Source: Paramecium tetraurelia (Eukaryota). Taken from it: a stretch of DNA of 64,000 bases. The stretch lies in contig CT868655.1 in NCBI GenBank assembly GCA_000165425.1, forward strand, positions 186,001-250,000, in the 5' to 3' direction. The translations under genes and the position numbers were made by a program. Shown here piece by piece: positions 39,050 through 51,100 of the stretch; the stretch's first letter is position 1; the number at the start of each line of letters is the position of its first letter. The notes under the pieces were generated by a model. It had not been told where the DNA came from. It made no database searches and saw only the letters and a list, made by a program, of their open reading frames with translations.

Positions 39050-39834
39050 TCATTATTTACCTCCCTTGGGTTGACCCTAATTTTAATCTGAACTACTACT
39101 TTGGTGCATATGTAGATATAATGGACATTCGGCGCGTCTTTGTCCTCATTTGTAATGGCAATCGACGTCGAAATTGTTGGCTTGTGCACTTATTTAACTA
39201 CCACATTCCTGCATTAGAATAATAATCCCACATACCAATCATATTCGGGTTTCTCAAGGTATTACAATCGATGCTCAGGCAAACCGTACGAGATGATAAA
39301 GAAAACTCCCTTAGGCCCCAATACTCTATGAACCTCCTAGATCACCTTCTAGGCATTCGAGGATGAGGACTCTCCACACTTAAAATCTATTTGAAGTCAT
39401 ACCAATATTGCATCCAAAGTTCCCTTGTCTATTGCCCCATCAAATGCTCCTTCCTCGAAATCCATCGCTCTTGCATCCATGTGTAAATCTAATTGAAACT
39501 GCCTTCTTACATTTGAAATTCGGCCCCTTGTCTTTGTACTTCTCCTACATTGCCTTTGTAACTACATGTGAGATATCAATGTTTGTAATATTCTGATAAC
39601 CTTCATCGAACATCTCTTCGCTCAATCCTCACAAACTCAATATTATCATTACTTGAATTGCCTGCTCCAACATTCAACAGCTTGCTCTCAGGTGTGAAAC
39701 ATACTGAAACCAGATCTTTCACTCCTGCAAATCTCTGATACCAATCAAATGGCTCGGGATCCCTAACTGATCATTCACTCGCTTTACCTCGTGTATCGTT
39801 CCTCCCAGTACTCTGCTTTACCATATTGAGACAT
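39050..39834 (-). CDS. class I SAM-dependent methyltransferase, EEF1AKMT4/METTL13-N-like
   Basis: YGKAEYWEERY, FDWYQ, LNVGAGNS.LSEEM, NIDIS, IDKGTLDAIL, EVHRVL..KG.F.IISYG.P..R. Confidence 0.9.
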
Positions 39835-40364
39835 TTGAAATCAAAATGAATTCGAATTAATTATTAATGTTTCTGTGTTTCAAATTTTAAGAATAAAAAT
39901 ATATATTTATGAAACAGTGCATTTCTATTCAAATTTTATTACTCATCATTTTTATATAATGTTATTAAACTAAAGGAGGGGATTTCCAATCTATAACCAA
40001 ACTAGTATGATTAATCCTAATTGTCAAATGCATAAATAGCGGAATTCATAATTTATAAAAACAATTTAATTGATTTTTGTCTATATTTCAAATTAATATG
40101 ATCAAATTCTTTTCTAACTAAAAACCACTAGTATTCAGACTACTCAATCTTATTAAAAGGTGATTTAGAAATTTGGTACTCAAATTCTTTAATAACCTTT
40201 TATCAAGTAAGTGAATGATATCTTACAATACTTACATAAAGAATGTGAAATAATGATTAAACCTCATTTCTTACTCGGAATCTTGATTAGAATAGAGAAA
40301 AAGTCTCTTTAATGTCACTACTCATTCTGTCTTTGAAACTTAATAATTTAATGATTATAACAAT

Positions 40365-40703
40365 TCAGTGGGGATTAGAGTTCCTATGAGTGTAGGGAGA
40401 TAATATATACATATAGGGTTATTTATTTGATATTGTTTGAATATTGTATTAAATTATAGTTTTATCTTAAATGATTGATGTAATATTTTATAGATTGATT
40501 GATAGTTATTATTTTGTGATTCTGAAATCAGTTAGTTATTATTATGATCTTATCTTAGGATCTAAATTACTTCCATCAATTTCTTGAATCTACATTGCCT
40601 GCACTTTCTGATCAAATAAATTGAAATCATCCTTAATTTCGTCAGATGAATAATTTAGATCTCCAATGTATAAGATTCTAGTTGTTTATAGTTTTCTATT
40701 CAT
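40365..40703 (-). CDS. hypothetical protein (112 aa)
   Basis: ATG..TGA code-6 ORF MNRKLQTTRILYIGDLNYSSDE...; no motif. Confidence 0.35.
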
Positions 40704-40976
40704 AAAGTATTTTGAAATTGAAAAAACGATATGATTAACCAATTTCTTAAATAGAAAGGAAGGACAAATTCAGAAAAGGTTGGATTAAATAAAAAATTCA
40801 TACATGATAAATTTTACAAGTAGTAGGAGGAAAATTTGGTTTGTATTTGATGATATGCCAAAAATGGAAGTATGGGATTGGGTTGGAGAAATTTGGAGGA
40901 GTCACTGGGAATTATATTGATTTATGAGTAAATTTCAAAAATGGAATAATTCGTTTTTTTATTATAATTAATTGTT

Positions 40977-42567
40977 ATGTTGCTGATAACAGCTTTATTA
41001 TTTTTAGGAACAGCTAAGCATTTTACAGTGGAGTTAAAAAGTCGTCATACCTAAGAACATTTAATTGAAATAGTAAATTTATTGTAACATTCACATGCTG
41101 AATTGTTGGAGGAAAACAATTATTAGAAGATTGGAAAGGGTGTTGAAGGGGCACTCCATTTTGAGACAGTGATGCTGGAGAAGAATATTTAGAAAAAGAA
41201 TTTGAAGCATTAGAATCATCATAATAAAAAATAGGAACATCATCACAAGAAAAGAAAAAATACAAACATGGTTGTAAATGAGTCATTGATGGATGTGATA
41301 CCTTTAACAGCTGAGGAAAAAGGTTTATTTGAGGAATCTGGTGCCTTAGCTCCAGTTGACATACATATAGAAGAATAAATGGAACATTAAAGTCAAAAGT
41401 TATTGACTACTAACAGGAATCAAGATGGATTATATATAGCAGATGTACCATTGACAAATATAGCTAATACAATGTTCATTGGTGAGTTGTAGGTAGGAAG
41501 TGCTTAAGGAAAAAATTCATTTGATGTTATTTTCGATACAGGTTCCGCTTTGACTTGTGTTGCTTCAGAGTAATGTAAAGATATCGGATGTTAGAAGAGT
41601 AAAAGATATAATAGAGCTGAAAGTTAATCATTCAATGAGATTGGCAAGTCAGTGGAAATTGTATTTGGAAGTGGAACTTTGAAAGGATTGATAAACAGAG
41701 AGAGAATCAGAGTAGATGGTTTAGATTTGAAGGATGCTTTGTTTATTGAAGTGACTTAATAAATTGGAGACGCATTTCATGAGGGGGAATTCGATGGTAT
41801 TGTGGGATTAGGCTATCCTCATATGACAGGAGTACCCACTTTGTTTGATTACATGATCTAATAGCATAAACTACACTCAAATGTGTTTACATTCCATTTG
41901 AATAGAGCAACTGGAAATTCAGGGTCATAATTAATTTTTGGTGGAAGTGACGATTCTCAAATCAAAGGAGAATGGGTTTATCATAATGTTCATGAACAAT
42001 TCTATTGGTCAATAATGGCAGAATAGATTAAAGTGGGTAATAAGGACACTGGAATCTGTACACATTAACATAAGTGCAAGATGGTTGTTGACACAGGAAC
42101 CACTTTGTTGACAGGACCAACAAAGGATGTGAGAGCATTGTTGTCAATGATCAGAGTTGAGCCAAAATGCCAAAATTATCCAACAATGCCAGATATCACA
42201 TTTGTTATTGATGGACATGATTACGTCTTATCACCTAAGGATTACATTCTAACTATCACATGTAAATATCATAACTATATCCATTAGAATCAGGAGTTGA
42301 GGCACCTTATCATCATTCATCAATGGATTAGATTGTTGGTTGTGCTGGAACTATCTTTCCTTTAGATTTACCACCCAAACAGTATGATTTTATATTAATT
42401 GTAGAGGTCCCTTATGGATCTTAGGTGATGTATTTATCACAAAGTACTCTGCTAAGTTCGATAGAGATAAAAACAGAGTTGGTTTGGCATTAAATAAGAA
42501 TCTTGATGAAAATCATAAATAAACATATCGAATAATTAATCACTCATTTGTACTAAAGTATTATTGA
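40977..42567 (+). CDS. secreted pepsin-family aspartic protease with long prodomain (cathepsin D-like; resembles the CTH3/ASP3/plasmepsin IX-X group)
   Basis: signal peptide, VIFDTGS, flap [37 protein letters not shown]; two introns. Confidence 0.93.
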
Positions 42568-43421
42568 AATGTCTGCAGCGCTTCACTATTGTATATCAAT
42601 CGGACATCCTCTTTATTAAGTTATTCGAATGCTTGATCCTCGTAACCTCGGTCATCATGTAAACTAAGAGTAGACTTCTTAGATGGCAACAAAGTTTCCA
42701 TCTTATCTCTCTCAGCCTATTCTCCTTAATTATAAGGGGAGATCTTATGAAATATTCTGAATATCGTATCTATGAAGATGAGACATTCCATCATTGAATG
42801 GAATTTAATTGATGCTTGTTCACTCTAATCATCATACTTAGACATTTGACCCCGAGTAGATATCATTTATTCTAAGTACAATAAGAGTTGAGTGCATTGA
42901 TCGATTCCTTGACCCAATAAAGTGGGAGGACCTGTTCTCTTCTACTTCTCTTTTCCTAATCGAAAGAATGTAATCATTATGTCAATATTAAACTATTTGA
43001 TTCTTGCCAGATATCTCTTTTTTACTGCCTTGTTTTACACATAAGACTCACTCAATCCAATTAAGTACTTAATGATGAACTTCATAGTGCACACCTTCAA
43101 TACACTAGGTGGTCTCTTTTGAAATTAGTCGGACAATTCAAACCAAAATTAATTAGTATATAAGTCATTCTTCTTCATTTGTTAAAACATACTATGTTCT
43201 TCTGCTTAATTGAATTCAGATCTATTTATGTTACTATCAATATAATATCTCCATCTGTATTCACACAAAGCAGGAGTCATTTTGCTGTAAAAGAATATTT
43301 TATTCATCTAACTTGAAATTTGTTAAAAGTCATTTTGGAAATGCTTTTGCAATTTCAATAATAGATCATCCTCTTGTGAATTCCACTTTACCTTGTCCAA
43401 TTACTAGAGTTCAATGTCCAT
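42540..43421 (-). CDS. Myb-repeat protein (293 aa)
   Basis: KWNSQEDDLLLKL..F.QIS..M..T..LCEYRWRYYID.NINRSEFNQAEE two-repeat Myb pattern; intronless. Confidence 0.75.
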
Positions 43422-43492
43422 TAAAAACAAATATTTAGTATTTCATAGTAATATTGTAATTATAATATATGAAAATCATTATAATATTTATA

Positions 43493-45488
43493 TCAATCAC
43501 CTTGAAATTAAATGAAGTTTTTCGATGTAATTTCGTATTTCACGCCTTCAATTATCACATATAGAGGTTGTGTGTTCCTTGAAGAATTGAACTCGTCCAA
43601 TATCTACTTTAATTAATTATGCTAAGTCTACTCCTGTCCTTTAAACTAGTAAAATAGCAATAGTATAACTTACCTATTGAATATGTTCACTTAATTATCT
43701 AACCTATAATTCATTCACTCTTTATCTCAAAATGTGATCTTTCTCAAATAATTCCTATGTCTTTGGTTAAGTCATTGTAGCCATTACTCCTACCAACATA
43801 TTCATTAAAAAGAACCCAATAAAAATGGTCAAAAACAAAAAGTAAAAAACATAAATAGCCTGATGTCGTATCACTATCCGGGCTACATCTCCCCAACTAT
43901 CAAAAGTCACTACTTACAACATGAACAAATAAGATTAAGTCAGAGAATCAAATAAGGGATAGCCGACATCAACTTTAATAAATTAGTGACCAATCAAAGC
44001 CATAGTAAATAGTAGGCCTCCTACAAAAATGATGATATGGCTGACTCCAGGCAACACTTCAACAAATTTGAACAGCAACTTTTAAACATAGAGTATGGCC
44101 AGTACTATAAGAACTCTCAGCATTGGTCCGAATCTGATGTCTTAATAAATGGATAATGAAATTATGTCCACGATTGTTGCTGCTGGACCTGCGATCAACA
44201 AGATTATTACGACATATAATCTGACCGAATATTCTTCGTTTCTTATTTAGGTTTCATCGTGAAATTTCTCTTCAAACTGGCTTTTTTATTCAGTGATAAA
44301 CTATCTGAATTACATTATCTTCTAGTAACATAAGATGCAGAAATATATCCCAAAGATATTCTCTATCACGATCAAGGCATAGTTGATTTAACGTAAACTA
44401 CTAAATAATTATGCCATTGATAGCAGTATTTATAATGAAATGTAGAGGTAGATTGAGACCTCTGATTCATTCAATCCCCAAGATTTACGATTTAATTAAT
44501 AAGGAGTCTGATCCATATCTAATAATTTCAATGCATCTCTTATTTCTATTGAATGTCTGTACTCTAAATTCAAATCCTAGTTTAGGACATCGTCATGTTA
44601 AAAGTCATATTCAAAGTTTCTTCTCAAAGTAGGATTTGAATAATAACTCACAAACGCTCCCAATAATAAATTGATAAAATAGAAAAACATGAACAAAATG
44701 AAAAACAGGAAGAATATACTCCAAGCTTATCCGTAATACTTTGAAACCGATTGATTAACTTACAAATTCCAACTGTCTAGTGTTAATACTTAAAACATAG
44801 ACAACATTGACTTAAAAATATTTCTAAAAAACTTCGGACTAATTTCTTAGAAAATAGCATAAGCTATGTAACTATATACATAATATGTTAGAAGAAGAGC
44901 AAAGTTGATGTATCGAGATACATATAAAATGTAAAATACATCCTTTATCAATAATCTAAAATTAATCAAAGTCTCACCTTATTTTTTCTAAACAGAATAT
45001 ACGCAATAGTAACATAATATCAGAAATAGTTATGGCAACTTCCACGGTTACGATTGCAAAGTAAACATTTAGAATAAGACTCAGAGGACCGCTGATGATA
45101 TCAATGATCATAAATCCGACACCTAATTAGTCATGTTTATACCATAATAATGTCTGTTCAAATATAATTTGTTTATGAATTTATATTTAATGAGAAAATC
45201 GATTGTTATTAAAAAGCTGAGGACAAAGTTGATGATTCTGAATCTCATATCGACTTCATCTTGTTTTCCACAGAAAAAAATGAAATTCACAAAAATCATT
45301 ATGCCAATGCAAGATGAAATAATCTCGCTTGTTTGCAAATAGAACCTTCTAACAGAGAACACCCATCCATCCCCCTTTGTTAGGAAGGGAGGAAACAAAG
45401 CGATATCTTTCTTAGCAAAAAGTCTAAATGGCATGCAATATATTATTTTATAAATATAATTTTTATGATATTCTTGAATTACATCCAT
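43493..45488 (-). CDS. two-repeat (2 x 6TM) cation channel of the voltage-gated superfamily
   Basis: two pore modules, SMLSMFQVLTLDSW..FYFINLLLGAFV and SYLFMLQVVTFDSWGDVAR..FLMNMLVGVM; an in-frame upstream ATG at 45586 is possible. Confidence 0.82.
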
Positions 45489-45645
45489 GATTATTTATGG
45501 AAGCAATAATGAGCATTCATCCTATTAGCAAGAATGATCAAATGAATTTTCTATAATATAATATAAATGAACTGAGCTGAACTCATCCTCAGAGAACAAC
45601 GAGATGAAGTTCGCAATTATTTTATAATTAATTTGTATTCGTTGA

Positions 45646-47082
45646 ATGCTCATAAATAAATTATCTGATCATCCAAACTCATAAAGTGGGTCATTTGTCC
45701 ATTTGTCTCCGTAGGCTTATGAGGCCTTATAAACTTTAGAGTAAATTAAAAAGAATAATATGCTGCAGCAGAATTCCTAAATCGTTAGAAGAGTTTCATC
45801 ACAATATGTTCAATAGCCTCAAAATAATTATTAGCATTCATCCCATGAAGCTTTGGCATCCCCAATTCACCCGAGAAAAGAGTCTTAAACCAATTCATCA
45901 TTATCATTCATTAAAGGAGCTTTATAGTCAAATCGCACCTTTAAGTAGGAGACGGAGGGAAGTCATAAACCTAGTTCTCAAACGGAGAGGCAGATTAGTT
46001 AGCAATAAACTTTGGGAAAATCAGATGAGCCCACTCCATTCTTCAGAGACACTTTATCAAGTGATCGCAATAAATGCAATCAGACTAGCTTAAGCCAATA
46101 TTTGGCTAAACACCAATTTCAATAGCAATTCAAATATATCAATGAAGAATTATAAGCATTTAAATAATAAGTCGAAAATGATGTCTTGATTGAAACTGTC
46201 ATTACTAAATTTGAATCGCCTAAAGACATTTCCGAAAATAGTCAGTTGCTTGTAGATCAATCATAAAAGGAGAATTAGTCCCCCACAACTAAATTGATGA
46301 TGAAAAAGAAATTGATCTTAAATCAGATCCTCTCTCTCGATAATCAGATTAAGATCATGGAAGATGAAGAGACTAAAATTGCCCTTGATCCTTAAAAATC
46401 AAGGAAAAAGCAAAACACTAGCCAATCCTCTCAAAATCAACAAATTGTTGAAAGTCTTTATGAAAGAGCATAAAAAAAGCAATCTAATTTTAAAAAACTT
46501 TTTGAGGAGACTCAAGTTCATAAGAATCAAGAAGAAATGAAAGAATGCACATTTATTCCGAAGATAAATAAGCAAAACATATCAGGCAAGTTTATGGAAC
46601 GCTTGGATGATTGGGTCAAGAGGAAAAATCAAAAGATAACTTAATAGCAGGAACAAAGCTAAGAGAGAATCATGAAAGAGTGTACATTTAGTCCTTTAAA
46701 TAAACAATTATCCAAAACCAATCTTAATCATACTGCAGTTTATTACAGAAATCAAGAGTGGTAGAATAGATTGAATATTAAGAAATAAAAGTTAAAAGCC
46801 TAAAATTCACTTATTTAAATGAGTGCCAAGAAGGAGTAGAATACTCCCAAGAAAATAAATAAGAGATCTAGTTCCTCATAATATCAGATTGATCTTGCCA
46901 AGATACTACAATCAACAAACTCATAGAATACAACCAAAAGGGTAAAACATTAGTCTCCTTTCCATACCGAAATCCAGAGTGGGATTCTTAATGCATCAAA
47001 CAAAAAAATTGAAAATATTGATATGAAGTATTTGCAATTATGTGAAATAGCCAATAGAATTAAAGCCAAATCTAAATGTTGA
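45646..47082 (+). CDS. hypothetical protein with ECTF.P repeats (478 aa)
   Basis: intronless ORF; ESLYERA..EEMKECTFIPKIN..FMERL..IMKECTFSPLN. Confidence 0.75.
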
Positions 47083-47114
47083 TTTTTAACTTTTATATAA
47101 TATATATATCATTA

Positions 47115-48008
47115 TCAATAATTTAATGGGATCACTCTAGGTGGCTAGGGCCTTACTATTTACTACATTTCAATTTCATCAGTTTGTTTTTTGATTTTTA
47201 AGTTGATCATTATCATAATAATTATACACACAGCCAAACAAATGACTCCAAAGATTATCATATTTAGAGGATCATAATTATCTGGCAGGGTAATTTCTAT
47301 TTAGAGAATTTGTTTGTACATTTATGATTAACTTGAACCAAGGGATCCTTTACATGTCTTAAATAAATCTAGATCTAGTTGGTTCTCTCCTTGCTGTATT
47401 GGGCCAATTGCTAATTTTCATAACAACCACTCAATATCTCATTTTTATCAAAAACCAGACAAACTGAACTTAACTACAAGTAGCAATCTTCCAAACATTC
47501 TCCAATTATTAATTTACGGTAGGGAACACTTATGCAATTGGATCCACAGAAAGTTTCTTTGTTAGATATTGAATTAATGAGATGAGGCCATTAAAGTTCT
47601 AAAAATTTGGAATGCAAAATTTGATGTTCTGGTTAAGGCATCTCAACTGAGAATGCTTGTATCTCATATGAAAATTAATTGAACTTCTCATTGGTTTTGA
47701 TTAGTTATAATTAGTGAATTGTATTCTTGGTTTTAACATACATTTGATCCTAAAAGGTTCCAAGATTAGTCGAACTCAATTCTGATAAAGACTTCATTAT
47801 TTTCACTAATATTATAATCATTATGATACTATTTTGTTCATTTAAAGCGTTAGATAAAATCATAAGAAAAGAGATTGTCATAAATAAAGTGCCAAAAAAG
47901 CCGAACGAATAAAAAAAGAAGGCCTTTTTCAATCCGCCATCTAAAATATGAGCAAATTTTCATACTTTTCACAACTCCAAAGAGATCTAATTTATTAATT
48001 TATTCCAT
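47115..48008 (-). CDS. two-TM membrane protein with Cys-rich extracellular/lumenal loop
   Basis: hydrophobic segments near both ends, CGSNC..C..C..CLV..GCY in between; 2-3 introns. Confidence 0.65.
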
Positions 48009-48116
48009 TTTAGAATTGTCTTGATAAAAAATTAATTATATTAATAAAAAAATGGGAAAGGGATTTTAGACAATAAAGTATGTGATATTTAATATTAATA
48101 ATAATTCTTATATTAC

Positions 48117-51100
48117 TCACTTAAATTCAAAAGTACACATTTCACAAAAGTGGTTTGAATTTGATTGTAAGTATGTACAAACTGGACATTGCATATTGTC
48201 ATCATTTTTGGATCCTGTTTCTGGTTTAAGATTAGGCATGAACACTTAAACTTCTTCATCGATTCTCACTCTAAAATACACGCAAATCTTTACTGTTTTT
48301 TAGGTTGCTACTATGGAGCAGAGTTGCCTTATTCATTAAAATTAATGTCCATGGTTTCTATAAAGAGTCCCCAATCCATCGAAGGAATTGTCTTCATAAT
48401 TGTTGTCAAGTATACAGAACTATGGGGAGGAACAACCTTACAAATTTTAGCTGGATGTCTATCATTCATTAAAAGTTACTACCTAAAATTAACCATGAAA
48501 TCTGGATCAAGAGTAATCTAATAAGTTATGTGCAGAGTTTGATTTGTAGTATTATTCAACATGAATCTCTTCAACATAGGAGCCATTTGAATTTCAATAT
48601 CACAATGTATTAATTATTGGGGTGTCTCTCCAAATTGTCTAAAGTTATATACACATTACTTACACAAGAGGAATAGCAGTGGGGACATCACCCTACTTAT
48701 TTGCATCTGAGATATGTTCTAATTCCATTGAGAACTAGGACAATTAAGTCATGGATTCTTGTTCAGCCTTACTTTACTCAGATGTTTTATTAATGTCAGT
48801 ACCAAAATCAATTCCATCGATAACGTCCTTCTTTTTTGGAAGAGGAGGGGGTTTTGGAATGGTGAAAGATCCTTGTGGTTGAATCAGGTGATGAACATTA
48901 GAAGAGGGATCTACTTTGGCAGATTACAAATAAATGTTATCATACAATATTGTCATTGGGAAGACATTATTGGTTGTCAAAGTAGGTTTAGATTCAGCAA
49001 AATAGACTGTGGATTCATAACACTCTAAGATGACTCCATCAACTTGGACAACACTTGAGATTTATTCTGTCTGTATTATATTGCCTATGATGTAGATTGG
49101 TTGAATAGGCTCGTATAATCCAATTTCTGTTATTTAAGAGTAGTTGGTTTTAAATTGCTGCCAAAACTATAAGGTTTCTTCAACTTCCTTTTGTTTATTG
49201 AAAAATATGGTTGTTGCTATGACAGGATACTTTTTACAATCTTCTAAGAATTCATTCAGAAATCCTTCAAACCAATCTGTGTATTTTGAGTATAAATAAC
49301 ATGGAGGTGGCAGATTAACCAAATAGGAAAATACTTATTTATTCGCATTAGCAGCAGCCAGAGTCATTTTCATCATTTGGATAGCCACATTTTAAAATCT
49401 TTTTTGATTCTCAAATAATAAATTCAGGATTGAAATGTTATCATTTTAAGAGCCTATGTGAGATTAATAGAGTATGCTTTGATATGATAAATTGGTTGAA
49501 CAACCTGTGGTGTATTTGTCTTAATAATTAGGCTCTGGGAAACCAAGCAACCATTCAATGCGTTCTTGTTGATAAGCATCGTAAATGTTAAGGAGATTGT
49601 AGGCTAACCCTAAGTATTAACCCACACTTTCATAGTTGGCTTTGTTGATTTCTTCTAACAATACTTCAATTACAGATCTGGATAGAGGTTCATTGTTGAA
49701 TACCATTCTTTAGATGATCAATTTAACTGTTTCAAAATCTTGGCATTCTGTTAAAGCCCGTTTATAGAAGATCTAAGTTTGAAGACAAAGAGTATCATTT
49801 TTTGATAAAACATAATTTTGGTCTTGCAATAAATATTGTATGCATTAGAAAAGTTAGGAATAGAATGGTACAACCATCTTACTGGCCATAGTTATCTTTT
49901 TCTCAGAGATGAATTCATAAAATTATGTTTTTTATAATCCTTAAGGAGATTGCTTTTCCATAAAGAAATCAGCAAATATGGAAACCAACTCTATTTGACT
50001 TGCAAATTTGACATTGATAACTGAAGATTTGACAAAGTCCCTCCAAAAGGTGAAATAATAAATGAACTTAGTTGGATTTTTGGCAACATCATTTTATAGT
50101 TTCTGTATTAAATCAATAAGGAATCTCATCACAATTTGATCACAACTTACTGTGCTACTTTCTGGCTATAGAACTGCCAATAATTCAGTGTTTAATTAAA
50201 GAGCATGAATGTAGGTGATAACATTTATAAAATGCAAGAGAATTTGCTATATTGCTTGCCTTATATTGTAATCAGGAGCACACAATAATACATTAAATAC
50301 TCGTTATTGACGATTTACTATCATATTTTGAAAAACTTAAAAAGCATTCGTAGGTATAATATTAATGAGATTCATAATGATGAGTACATAATTTTTAATA
50401 GTGGAATGATCGGATGACCTCGCAATCAATTCTATTGTTATATATGTCATATTCGATAACAATTAATAAATCTTTTCTTATCCCTATATGTCTTAATAGT
50501 TATTGTAAATGCCAAAATACTATGGCACTTATTCTGGATTTGTGATTAAGGCGTAGTCCTCAGGGTATGGAAAAGCATCTCCGATTTCTTTAACAAACCT
50601 AAAGAATTCCTCACTGTAAACATGTCTCTCCATCATAAACCTGTGATTATCATGCCAAATCTCCTGATACAAAGAGTCTGGTATGTGTTGTTAAGTCATA
50701 GTCTTGTAATCTAGTTTATATGTAAGATCTTAATTGTCCTCCTCTTAAATGACACTATCAAATTTCTACATAATCTCTTGTTTTTATTGTAGATCAGCAA
50801 ATTTCAATTCTACTTACTCTTTCTGTATTCTCTCATATACTAAAATGTATGCATTAGTGCTACTGCCAGACTCTTGAAAGTCTTGACTATCTTCAGTATC
50901 TTTGCCTCCGTAACATTCATGTGGTAATCTTTTAACATCGAAATCCTCAATCACAGAGTCATTAAATTTCAACCACTTTTCATCCTTGGTATTAATCAAA
51001 CTATAATAGTGTCCATATTAAGCAGTTCCTTTGTGAACCACTACTCCTTTCAATTTGTATTAATAATATGATTACTACTTGATGTCAGAGTTAAGCAATC

